NCBI GenBank assembly: GCA_963763885.1
Contig: CAVXQD010000002.1
Coordinates: forward strand, 304,389 to 368,388
Reading direction: 5' to 3'
Length of the DNA stretch: 64,000 nucleotides
Source: an uncultured Acidimicrobiales bacterium
GTDB taxonomy: Bacteria > Actinomycetota > Acidimicrobiia > Acidimicrobiales > JANYDT01
Positions 29,448 through 38,638 of the stretch are shown here, one piece after another. The position numbers and the translations under genes were made by a program. The notes under the pieces are model-generated. The model made no database searches. It was not told the DNA's origin and saw only the letters and a program-made list of their open reading frames with translations. Positions within the stretch are counted from its first letter, which is position 1, and each line of letters starts with the position of its first letter.

Positions 29448-30413
29448 TCATTGAGGTGTCGGTCCCACTGCGAGATCGAATGTGGCGTCGCCCTGCGACT
29501 CTGAGGCGGTGACGAGGGTGCGTCCGTTGGCACTTATGCACAGCGCCTCGCCTTGGGGCATCTCCGGCAGAGTGAACCGACGCGGCGCCACGTGGAGAGC
29601 ATCGCCGAGGCTGCCTCCGCGCGGTGCGGCGAGTAGGTAACCGAACTGGAACGTGCGTAGGAGCAGGGTGCCGCCAACAGCGTCTGCCGCTGAGATGAGG
29701 TTGGCTTTGTAGCCGGCCTCGCCAGCGATAGTGACTGTGCCGACGTGGGCGAGTTTCTGTGTGGTCGTCCTCGTGAGGTCTACTCGAAAGACAGCGGCGA
29801 TTCCTGAGGGGTCCTTGGTGAAGATGTACGCGGCTTTGGCATCGGCGCTGACGGCGAGGGCTTCCGCGTTATGCGGCCCGTCGGGATACTGCAGATCGAA
29901 TCGAGTCGCTTCTGCCGATTTTGCACCGGGGCGGGGCTCAGCGAAGCGGTACAGCTGCACCGATGTCCGGGCAACCGCGTTGTCGCCGACGTCGGCCAGG
30001 ATGAGGTCACCGTCGGTGGTTATCGCAATGTCTTCTGGGTCGACTACGTCAACCCCTTTCAAGGTCACGGGTCGTCCCACGGCACCGGACCTGATGTCGA
30101 CTGGCAGGACAATCGCTCCGTCACCAGCATCGTTATGCAGCCAGACCCGATTTGGGTCCAGTCGACTGACCGCGCACCCGGACACCTCCTTGAGTCCGGA
30201 GGACGTCACGCGGAGAACGTGCCAAGAGCGGCTGGTCGCGGAGATTGCGGTGGTGCGCGCACTTGCGACGGTTGTCTTCGAGGCGATTGGTGTCTTCGCC
30301 TTTGTCGCCTTTGTCGTCTTTGGCGTCTTTCCCGAAGAAATATTGGGGTTGAGAACACTGGCCCACAGGAAACTGAATGCGCCAAGAAGAGCAGCGCTCA
30401 GCCGCGAAGCCAT
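29448..30413 (-). CDS. Secreted beta-propeller-like hypothetical protein
   Basis: Signal peptide; E.SG, HNDAG, DPEDI, ADVGDN, YPDGPHNAEAL, QGEA motifs. Confidence 0.7.
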   Translation of the reverse strand: MASRLSAALLGAFSFLWASVLNPNISSGKTPKTTKATKAKTPIASKTTVASARTTAISATSRSWHVLRVTSSGLKEVSGCAVSRLDPNRVWLHNDAGDGAIVLPVDIRSGAVGRPVTLKGVDVVDPEDIAITTDGDLILADVGDNAVARTSVQLYRFAEPRPGAKSAEATRFDLQYPDGPHNAEALAVSADAKAAYIFTKDPSGIAAVFRVDLTRTTTQKLAHVGTVTIAGEAGYKANLISAADAVGGTLLLRTFQFGYLLAAPRGGSLGDALHVAPRRFTLPEMPQGEALCISANGRTLVTASESQGDATFDLAVGPTPQ

Positions 30414-30599
30414 CAGCCGGACCCTCGGCCGGTCGCGACCGAGTTCTCGCCTTTGGGCGCATTGGCGTTCGACGTCACACACCGCACGATACGAACGGTT
30501 GTTGAGAATCCGGTGAGACCTTTAGCCAAGCGTGGTGAGAGCAAGCTCGAGCAGGGCCTACTCCGCTGTCTTTCGGCAGCGAAAAGGTTGGGGTTGGGA

Positions 30600-31463
30600 T
30601 TACTTGGTTGCGGTGACCAGCCAGGTGGATCCGTTCACCAGGGCTCCTTCTTCGGTCCACATTTCGCGCATCACACCTTCGGCGATGGTCCGCGCTTGGG
30701 CAACCAGGTCATCTGAGGCACCAATGAGCAGGCGACCTGCGCCACCGAGACGGATGGAACCCTCGACAGCTGTATCGAAGTCCGACGTGCCGAACAGTTG
30801 CATGGTTCGCACGCATGGGGTGGCGTCGACATCGCCCCAGCCGCTTGCGGTGAGGATCGAGCAAACACGCTCTGGGTCGGCAAAGGCGAATGGTCCCGGC
30901 GCGGTGGGGTCCATCGGAGGTTGGTCAGGGAAGAGCGATGCAAGCTCTCTTCCCAGCCCGGACATCCACGAATTGGTTTTGGGTGTCTGCCAGCAAACAA
31001 ACGCCATGCGACCATCCGGTTGCAGAAGCGTGCCGATATTGGTGAACGCAGCCGTGGGGTCGGCGAAGAACATCACGCCGAACCTGCTGACGATTGCATC
31101 AACCGCTCCGCCGATGTCTTGCGTCGCAGCGACCTGAGCATCGGCGAGCACGAACGTGGCGTTGTCAGCTTCCGACGCGGCGGCGCGCTCGACACCACGT
31201 GCGAGCATCGGCTGGCTGATGTCCAACCCGATCGACTTGCCCGATGCGCCAACGAGGTCTGCGATTTGCAGCGTGGTGTGGCCGCAGCCGCATCCGACAT
31301 CCAATACCCGTTCACCTGTCTGCGGATTGGCAGCCTCAATGGCGGCATCGCCGAACGGCGCAAGCTGCGTATCCATGCGCTGTTGCCACGCAGTCCAAGT
31401 AGTGCCGCCAGGTTCATTCCAGTACTGCTGTTGGGCTTGGTTTTCTGGCGCGATCCGACTCAT
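30600..31463 (-). CDS. Class I SAM-dependent methyltransferase
   Basis: VLDVGCGCG, SRFGVMFF, PGPFAFAD. Confidence 0.92.
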   Translation of the reverse strand: MSRIAPENQAQQQYWNEPGGTTWTAWQQRMDTQLAPFGDAAIEAANPQTGERVLDVGCGCGHTTLQIADLVGASGKSIGLDISQPMLARGVERAAASEADNATFVLADAQVAATQDIGGAVDAIVSRFGVMFFADPTAAFTNIGTLLQPDGRMAFVCWQTPKTNSWMSGLGRELASLFPDQPPMDPTAPGPFAFADPERVCSILTASGWGDVDATPCVRTMQLFGTSDFDTAVEGSIRLGGAGRLLIGASDDLVAQARTIAEGVMREMWTEEGALVNGSTWLVTATK

Positions 31464-31570
31464 TGGCACACCCTATTGGTAGGAGGCATCGTTGTCGCAC
31501 GTTGCAGCTGGTACAACAAAGCGATGCAGCTGCAACCTCCCCTAAGTCACGAGATCCTTGGGTCTTGCCC

Positions 31571-32431
31571 GTGTTAGCGATTCGTACGGCGCTCTACGTT
31601 CCTGGCGACCGAGGGGACCGTATTGGCAAGGCCTTTGTCAGCGCTGCTGACTGCGTGATTGTTGACCTTGAAGATGCTGTCGCCGTGTCGCAGAAACAGC
31701 ACGCGAGAGAGATCGCTGTCGGTGCACTTTCGGAGATACCGGGCGATGGCCGCGCCGCGATTCGGGTCAACGCTCTGGCGACTGGTCTCCTGCAGGATGA
31801 CTTGCTGTCGCTTGCGCCCGTGTGGAATCGGATCTCGTTGATCGTGCTGCCGATGGTCCCTGACGCTGAAACGGTTTGTGAGGTAGCGAACCTCGCAGCG
31901 CAACTGGACCGGCAGTGTGGCGTTTCCGATGGGCAAGGACCGCGGTTGGTTCCGTTGGTGGAGTCCGCTCGAGGGGTGCTGCACGCGCCGGCGATTGCCG
32001 CATCGCATGCGCGTGTGTTCACGCTCGCCTTGGGTCCGGCCGACCTGTCCGGCGAGTTGGGCATCACGCCCAGTCCAGACGGAATGGAGCTGTTGTACGT
32101 CCGGTCGCAATTGGTGCTGGCCGCTGCGGCAGCGGGGCTGGCGAGACCGCTTGATGGGCCATGGCTCAACGTGACTGATGCTGACGGGTTGCGGCGCTCT
32201 GCCGAGGCCGGTCGACAGCTGGGGTTTGGCGGCAAGCAGGTTATTCATCCAGCGCAGATCGAAGTAGTGGTGAACACGTATGCACTAACGGAAAACCAAC
32301 TCCTATGGGCACGTACGGTTGATGCGGCGTTCGCCGAGGCTGAAGCACGAGGCGTTTCATCCATCACGTTGGCAGACGGCACTTTTGTGGACTACCCGAT
32401 CGCGCGACAGGCTCGTGCAATGCTCGCTTGA
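31571..32431 (+). CDS. CitE-like HpcH/HpaI aldolase/citrate lyase family protein
   Basis: LYVPG, DLEDAV, IRVN, LGPADL, GKQVIHPAQ. Confidence 0.9.
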   Translation: MLAIRTALYVPGDRGDRIGKAFVSAADCVIVDLEDAVAVSQKQHAREIAVGALSEIPGDGRAAIRVNALATGLLQDDLLSLAPVWNRISLIVLPMVPDAETVCEVANLAAQLDRQCGVSDGQGPRLVPLVESARGVLHAPAIAASHARVFTLALGPADLSGELGITPSPDGMELLYVRSQLVLAAAAAGLARPLDGPWLNVTDADGLRRSAEAGRQLGFGGKQVIHPAQIEVVVNTYALTENQLLWARTVDAAFAEAEARGVSSITLADGTFVDYPIARQARAMLA

Positions 32432-32513
32432 TATCGATGCCCGGTAGCTCGGCGGGAACCCGTCAGGACTTTTGGCACTTGCGCAAGGTTCTGTGTCGGA
32501 TCAGTGTGAGGTC

Positions 32514-32906
32514 ATGACTTCGTCACCGACGCCGCGTTCTGTCGACCCAAGCGCATCAACGGTTGGAGCTGACGCCATTCGATCTACGTTGGATGCGGAG
32601 GAAGCGCGCCTGCGAGCGTTGATCGCAACCATGGAGACCGGCGGTGTGATTTCGCATACGGGCACGGACGAACACCTCGTCCCGCTGGAAGACCGCACCA
32701 ACGACGGCGGCACCGAGCTCGCGGAACGCACTCTGCAACTGGGTCTGCTGGACTCGTTGGAATCTCAGATCGCCGAAGTCGGTGCAGCACGCCAACGGGT
32801 ACAGCTTGGGACCTACGGGATTTGCGAGCACTGCGGGCAGGCAATCAACCCCGAACGACTCAGCGTCCAGCCGCTCAGTCGTACGTGTACAGAGCACGCC
32901 GCGTAA
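32514..32906 (+). CDS. TraR/DksA zinc-finger protein
   Basis: GTYGICEHCG..I..ERL...P....CTEH. Confidence 0.85.
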   Translation: MTSSPTPRSVDPSASTVGADAIRSTLDAEEARLRALIATMETGGVISHTGTDEHLVPLEDRTNDGGTELAERTLQLGLLDSLESQIAEVGAARQRVQLGTYGICEHCGQAINPERLSVQPLSRTCTEHAA

Positions 32907-32993
32907 AGAACGCAATCTGCCAGCAATGCTGAACCGAACTCGGTTGATCGGTCCTGGTTGGTTGCGAGCACTGGTCGCAGGACGCTGTCTCTG

Positions 32994-34139
32994 CTAGCTG
33001 TGGGAGTCGATTGGGGTGGCGGCTTCTGGGTAGAGGCCGGGCAGCAGGATTGCTAATGCTTCGACGGGGAATCGAAACTCGACGGGGCTTCGGTGATTGG
33101 AGGCGTGCAGTAGTCCGTGGTGGATGGCTGCGCTAATCGCGGCGCGGGCAGTGCGTTCTTCTAGCCCGGTCAGGGTCAGGACGTCACGTCGGGTTGTTCG
33201 TCCGGCAACAAAGACGTGGTGGAGCGGTAGAGCGAGTTCGGCTCGGATGCCGGGCTTGGTGTGCGACCAGATGCCGACGAGCGCGTCGATCCGTGCCCGG
33301 ATTGTGTGGAGCCGCAACAGGTCTGTCATGAAGGTGACTTCATCATTGGCGCGGTCGATGAACCAGTTGCACCATTCCACGAGGCCTGAAGCGGACCTCG
33401 ACCCTCGCCCATCCAGGTCTCCTCGTCGGGGGTCGTCGGCTCGGTCGAGTAGCAGGTAGTAGTGGTCTCGCGAACGGGCCAATGCTCGGGTGACCGACCA
33501 CAGACCACGAGTGATCGGATGCAGCGCCAACGACGTTTGCATGCGTATAGCGCGACCGTTGCCGTCTTCGAATGGGTGGACCCACAGAAGGCGGTGATGG
33601 GCCGCGGCAACTGCGACGAGAAACTCTGCTGCTGGTCGCTTAGTGGCGTAGATCGATTCGCAACGAACAAGGCAGTCCGAAACAATTGAAGCCGACGGTG
33701 GAACATGGCGTCCAACAACGACGTCAGATTGGCGGATACCGGTCGGCGCGGACTGATCGTGAGCGAACAGGTTGGTGTGAATCTCGAGCAAAGCTGAAGT
33801 TGTCAGCGCCTGAGATCCTTGAATCGACGTGACGAGTTTGGCCTCAGCGTCAATGTGTTTGCGAGCAAGGTGTTGAAGGCGAGCGGTCTCGGGTTCGGTG
33901 GAATAGTCCGAACGGAGCGCCCGTTCGACGTTGAGCGGATGGGTGCCCTGGCCCTCGATGCGATTGGAGTAGTAGGAGTTCATTGACCTGGTGAGGTAAG
34001 CGATCGCTGCCACGGTTTCTGTGGCGCCCCACCCGGCTAACGCGTCGGCGCGTGCAACAACCTGCTCGGCTTTGCCGACAAGACGGGCCCATTCTGCCCC
34101 TGTGGGCAAGAGCGGCTCCATGAGCCGAGGAGACTCCAT
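32994..34139 (-). CDS. Fic-family protein
   Basis: HPFEDGNGRAIR catalytic motif; SNRIEG inhibitory motif. Confidence 0.92.
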   Translation of the reverse strand: MESPRLMEPLLPTGAEWARLVGKAEQVVARADALAGWGATETVAAIAYLTRSMNSYYSNRIEGQGTHPLNVERALRSDYSTEPETARLQHLARKHIDAEAKLVTSIQGSQALTTSALLEIHTNLFAHDQSAPTGIRQSDVVVGRHVPPSASIVSDCLVRCESIYATKRPAAEFLVAVAAAHHRLLWVHPFEDGNGRAIRMQTSLALHPITRGLWSVTRALARSRDHYYLLLDRADDPRRGDLDGRGSRSASGLVEWCNWFIDRANDEVTFMTDLLRLHTIRARIDALVGIWSHTKPGIRAELALPLHHVFVAGRTTRRDVLTLTGLEERTARAAISAAIHHGLLHASNHRSPVEFRFPVEALAILLPGLYPEAATPIDSHS

Positions 34140-34291
34140 CCTCGCAACGTATCATTTGCCGGTTCCTGGAAATGTCAAAATCCCTATATTTTCGGGACTT
34201 AAGCTGTAACTCAAGGGTTCGGTTTGCCGGTTCGTCCGCCGGTTCGTCCGCCTGTCGAAAACGCAGGTTGGGGTTCGCCGCGAAACGGGCC

Positions 34292-34942
34292 TCAAGGCTC
34301 CTTGGCGGCGAGAGCGGCCCAAAGCGCGGTTAGGGCGGCGTCGGGGTCTGTGACCTTGATCGTATGCATACCCATGGCTGCGGCGGGCTTCAAGTTGATG
34401 CCGAGGTCGTCGAGGAACACGCATTCGTGCGGCTGTACATCGAGCGCCTCGCAGGCTGCGATGTAGAACTGCGGCTCGGGCTTTCGATAACCGACGACAG
34501 CGGACTCAATCACGTGATCGAAGATCGAGATGACTTCGGCCCGCCCGTCTGCATGGCCTGGAACCGTGCCGACCCTCTGGTTCCCTACCACCACGTTGTT
34601 GGTTAACAGCGCCAGCAAATAGCCATCAGCTTTCAACTTGTGGAGCGCCGCCACCATCTGCGGCCGCAAGTCGCCGTGGAGCAGTCCCATGATCGCCCGA
34701 GCGTCAACTTTGTGACCGCGTTCCGATGCTTCGGCCTCGAATAATGGGCAGAATCCGTCGATATCCACCTCGGAGCGCTCGAACTTCGCCCACGCGTTGG
34801 TGTTGGGGTTGGTGGCGTTGATGGACCTGATGAGGTCCTTCGGGAGCCCGTTGGCTGCCTCGTAGCGGGCAAAAGCCTCGAACGGGCTGGTCAGAATGAC
34901 CCCGCCAAAATCCCACAATACGGCCCTAATTCCACGTTTCAC
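34292..34942 (-). CDS. HAD-family phosphatase
   Basis: WDFGGV, LTNN, KP, FLDD. Confidence 0.9.
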   Translation of the reverse strand: MKRGIRAVLWDFGGVILTSPFEAFARYEAANGLPKDLIRSINATNPNTNAWAKFERSEVDIDGFCPLFEAEASERGHKVDARAIMGLLHGDLRPQMVAALHKLKADGYLLALLTNNVVVGNQRVGTVPGHADGRAEVISIFDHVIESAVVGYRKPEPQFYIAACEALDVQPHECVFLDDLGINLKPAAAMGMHTIKVTDPDAALTALWAALAAKEP

Positions 34943-35147
34943 CCCCAGAGGATCGCAGAATGCTCGGCAACCCTCCAAACCCCTGCTTGACTGGAGGAGT
35001 CGTTCAAGGTGCGGCGTCGATGTGCCGATAGGTACAACACGTCGGCTTCGGGATCAGTCCAGGCCATGTTGGCCGGGCCTCCTCAGACGCCCAGGCGACG
35101 TTTTTACACTTCCCAATTCCAACCCCACATAAGCAGGTCCAGACCAC

Positions 35148-36977
35148 ATGACCACCTACAAGGTCGTAGTCGACGGATCGAACATCGCCACCGAGGGTCG
35201 CTCCCTTCCAAGCCTGAACCAGCTCGATGAAGCGGTTCAGTGCTTTATCGAAGAGCACCCTGGCGCAGATGTTCTGGTCATTGTCGATACGTCATTCGCA
35301 CACCGGATTGATCCAACCGAATCCGAGATCTTCGAAGCCGCGTACAACGCGGGCGAGATCATTACCCCGCCAGCCGGCACCATCGGCCGTGGCGACAGTT
35401 TCATCCTCAAGGTCGCTGACAAGTTGGGGGCCACTGTGTTCTCCAACGACTCCTTCCAAGAGTTCCACGGCACCTACGACTGGCTGTTCGACCGTGGCCG
35501 TCTCCTGGGCGGCAAGCCAATTCCTGGCCTCGGTTGGGTCTTCACAGACCGCACCCCAGTCCGTGGGCCGCGTAGCCGTGAGGCCGTGCGGGACGCCAAG
35601 CGTTCACAGGTTCGCCTGGGCTCCAAAGAAGCCAGCCGGCCAATGCCGGTGCCGAAGGCTCCTCCTTCATTCATGACAGCCAAGGAAGAAGAAGCTGAGG
35701 CCGAGGCCAAAGCGTCACGTGGACGCGGCCGAGGCCGTGACCGTGATCGCGCCGAACGCGCGCCAGAACGGACTTCCGACCGCACTTCCGAACGCAGCGA
35801 TCGTGGCAGGAAGCGCAGCGCCGAAGTTGTCACCGAGGAAGCTCCTGTGGCTGCCCGCGCCCCAAAGGCATCGCGCCAGCGTGGCGCCGAGCCGGTTGCC
35901 ACTCGCCCAGCTCCGTCTGGTGACACCTCGTTTGTCAACGACAGCCTGCCGTTCGTCAGCTTTGTGTCCGAGCATTTGCCCGGCACCGAGGTCAACGGTT
36001 TGGTGGAGTCCTACGCCAGCCACGGTTTCTACGTCACCATCGGCGAAGCCCGCGGCTATGTGCCGTTGCGTGGTGCCGCAGACCCCATGCCTCGCTCGGC
36101 TCGTGATGTCGCCCGCAAGGGCGAGGAGTACACGTTCATCGTTCGTGCCTTCGATGCAGAACGTCGTGGGATCGAGCTGGCAATGCCAGGTTCGCCTTCG
36201 GCAGAAACGATCGGATCCGATTCTCCGGCCGACGTGTCTTCCGGATCCGGATCGCGTGAGTCCAGCCGAGATCGGGATCGAGACTCAGGTCGCGAGAGCC
36301 GTGAGAGTCGTGACGGAGGTTCTCGCAGAGGTCGTCGTCGCCGTGGACGCGGGCGGGGCGAAAACCTGTCCGGTCAGTCATCGGCATCAACCGATTCCGA
36401 TACAGATTCGGGGTCTTTGTCGGTTTCGTCGTCGGCGCCTCGTCGCAACGGTGCCCGCAAGGCAACCGCAGCTGAACAAGTAGCAGCGCCGAAGACTGCG
36501 CCTGCTAAGGCTCCGTCCAAGGCAACCGCAAAGGCAGCTGCCAAGAAGGCTCCGGCCAAAGCTGCTGCTCCTGCAAAGGCTGCTGCTCCTGCCAAGAAGA
36601 CTGCAGCCAAAGCTGCAGCACCTGCGGCCAAGGTCGCGGCTCCTGCCAAGGCTGCTGCCAAGAAGGCAGCTGCTGGAAAGGCCGTTGCTCCAGCCAAGAA
36701 GGCTGTTGCAAAGGCTGCTGCTCCTGTAAAGGCGCCGGCCAAAGCTGCTGCAAAGGCCGCGGCTCCTGCTGCAAAGGCTGCTGCAAAGGTTGTTGCCCCC
36801 AAGGCAGCAAGCCCGGCGAAGAAGGCTGCTGTCAAGGCAGCCTCACCGGCCAAGAAGGCTGTTGCCAGGGCCACCGCTCCTGCCAAGAAAGCCGCTGCAG
36901 CAACCAAGGCAGTCGCAAAGAAGGTTGTGGCGAAGAAAGCCGCCTCAAAAGCCACAGCAAAGAAAGCGGCGAAGTAG
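35148..36977 (+). CDS. NYN/PIN (Zc3h12a-like) RNase + S1 domain + histone H1-like tail fusion
   Basis: VVDGSNIA, IVD, GDSFIL, FSNDSF; S1-like G.VESYASHGFYV..GYV..F.VRAFD..RRGIEL; C-terminal ~165 aa of PAKKA repeats. Confidence 0.85.
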   Translation: MTTYKVVVDGSNIATEGRSLPSLNQLDEAVQCFIEEHPGADVLVIVDTSFAHRIDPTESEIFEAAYNAGEIITPPAGTIGRGDSFILKVADKLGATVFSNDSFQEFHGTYDWLFDRGRLLGGKPIPGLGWVFTDRTPVRGPRSREAVRDAKRSQVRLGSKEASRPMPVPKAPPSFMTAKEEEAEAEAKASRGRGRGRDRDRAERAPERTSDRTSERSDRGRKRSAEVVTEEAPVAARAPKASRQRGAEPVATRPAPSGDTSFVNDSLPFVSFVSEHLPGTEVNGLVESYASHGFYVTIGEARGYVPLRGAADPMPRSARDVARKGEEYTFIVRAFDAERRGIELAMPGSPSAETIGSDSPADVSSGSGSRESSRDRDRDSGRESRESRDGGSRRGRRRRGRGRGENLSGQSSASTDSDTDSGSLSVSSSAPRRNGARKATAAEQVAAPKTAPAKAPSKATAKAAAKKAPAKAAAPAKAAAPAKKTAAKAAAPAAKVAAPAKAAAKKAAAGKAVAPAKKAVAKAAAPVKAPAKAAAKAAAPAAKAAAKVVAPKAASPAKKAAVKAASPAKKAVARATAPAKKAAAATKAVAKKVVAKKAASKATAKKAAK

Positions 36978-36989
36978 CTGCTGCGCTCA

Positions 36990-37016
36990 CCGGGAGCCCA
37001 CGTGCAGGGCTCCCGG
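36990..37016 (+). terminator. Hairpin terminator
   Basis: 10-bp stem ccgggagccc/gggctcccgg 13 nt after the stop. Confidence 0.75.
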
Positions 37017-37149
37017 ATGCATTTGTCTGGCCCATGCCATCCGCGTCGGCCAGGCCAGCCCAGCCTGGTGATGGGCGCGTGATCGGTGCGGGATAGCCGA
37101 CGTGGGTTGGCCTTCGAGACTGTCTCGCTCGGGCCCGTAAGGTAGACGG

Positions 37150-37974
37150 GTGCGTATTGCAACCTGGAACGTCAACTCTCTCAAGGCCCGCATGCCGCGG
37201 GTTGAAGAGTGGCTCGCTGAAGTCCAGCCCGACGTGCTGTGCCTCCAAGAGACCAAGCTCTCCGATGCAGCCTTTCCCGCCCTGAGTTTTCAGGCATTGG
37301 GCTACGAAACCGTGCACCACGGCCAAGGCCAGTGGAACGGAGTTGCAATCCTCTCCAAGGTCGGCCTCACTGAGGTCACCCACGGGTTTCTGCCAAACCT
37401 GGCGCAATCGGAAGACGACATCGACGAGTACCGCGCTGGCGTGTTGAACGAAGCTCGCCTTGTGACGGCTCGCTGCGGCGGGGTGTTGGTCTCCAGCGTC
37501 TACGTGCCCAATGGTCGCAACCTCGACGACCCCCATTGGCACGCCAAGTTGGTGTGGCTCACACACCTGCGCCGTCATCTCGACGCGTTGAGCAACCCCG
37601 CAGACAACGTGATGGTGTTAGGCGACTTCAACATCGCCCCAGATGACCGAGACGTGTGGGACCCCAAGAAGTTCGTCAACTCCACGCACGTCACCCCGCA
37701 AGAACGTGAGCGCCTTGACTACTTGGAATCATGGGGCTTCACTGACCTGTTCCGGGCGCTGTACCCGCAGGATCGTCTGTACACATACTGGGACTACCGT
37801 GCCGGAGATTTTCATATGCACCGCGGCATGCGCATCGACCTTGCACTTGGCACGGCGCCTGTTGTCAACGCATTGCAGTGGTCCCTGGTTGACCGCAACG
37901 CGCGCAAGGGCAAGCTGCCATCTGACCACGCTCCGCTGCTGGTGCAGCTCGACACGGATCGGTTAGCGGCATGA
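37150..37974 (+). CDS. xth: Exodeoxyribonuclease III
   Basis: ATWNVNS, LQETK, YVPNG, GDFN, RID, SDHAP. Confidence 0.95.
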   Translation: MRIATWNVNSLKARMPRVEEWLAEVQPDVLCLQETKLSDAAFPALSFQALGYETVHHGQGQWNGVAILSKVGLTEVTHGFLPNLAQSEDDIDEYRAGVLNEARLVTARCGGVLVSSVYVPNGRNLDDPHWHAKLVWLTHLRRHLDALSNPADNVMVLGDFNIAPDDRDVWDPKKFVNSTHVTPQERERLDYLESWGFTDLFRALYPQDRLYTYWDYRAGDFHMHRGMRIDLALGTAPVVNALQWSLVDRNARKGKLPSDHAPLLVQLDTDRLAA

Positions 37975-38636
37975 ACGATCATCTCCGTAACGGGCATGCC
38001 ACCGGGCGCGCGCCAATCGAAGGCCCAGAGCGCACCGCAATGCATTCGCTTGCCGTTGCCATTCGTGGTCTCGCCTCTGCAATGGTCGACCGAGACCTTC
38101 CACCAGACGTCGCCAACCACGCAGCATCGGTAATAGGTGTGCTTACCGAACACGTGTCCTCCGCTCCCAAGCGTGACTTCGAAACGGACCGCTATCACTC
38201 CACCGGATTTGTTGACTTCTCGCCTGTCAGCGGGCTGGCCAACCCGGTCAGCCCGCCGCTCAACATGTGGCAAGAAGCAGACGGCAGCGTGTCCGCTACC
38301 ACGGTCTTCTCAGGCGCGTTTGAAGGACCACCAGCGCATGTGCACGGTGGAGTATTAGCCGCAGCGTTCGACGAGGTTCTCGGGCTTGCACAGCTTGCTT
38401 GCGGTCTCGCAGGCATGACCGGACGGCTCACCATCCACTATCGGCGTCCAACGCCAATCGGAGTCGAAGTGCGCTTCGCTGCGCGCATCACATCCGTTAG
38501 CGGTCGCAAGGTTGTTGTCACCGGCGAGAGCCGCGTGTTGTTCCAAGGCGAGTGGGTTGTCTCCGCCGAGTCCGATGGCCTATTCATCTCAATGCCTAAT
38601 GGGTTCAGAACCCTTGCAGGCGAAGAACGGTTCTGA
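37971..38636 (+). CDS. PaaI-family (hotdog) thioesterase
   Basis: EGPPAHVHGG...FDE, YRRPTP. Confidence 0.88.
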   Translation: MNDHLRNGHATGRAPIEGPERTAMHSLAVAIRGLASAMVDRDLPPDVANHAASVIGVLTEHVSSAPKRDFETDRYHSTGFVDFSPVSGLANPVSPPLNMWQEADGSVSATTVFSGAFEGPPAHVHGGVLAAAFDEVLGLAQLACGLAGMTGRLTIHYRRPTPIGVEVRFAARITSVSGRKVVVTGESRVLFQGEWVVSAESDGLFISMPNGFRTLAGEERF

Positions 38637-38638
38637 TT

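Noticed and set aside
34216-34257. 12-bp tandem repeat gccggttcgtcc upstream of fic
   Set aside because: About 2.5 copies, no other occurrence in the window, no functional clue
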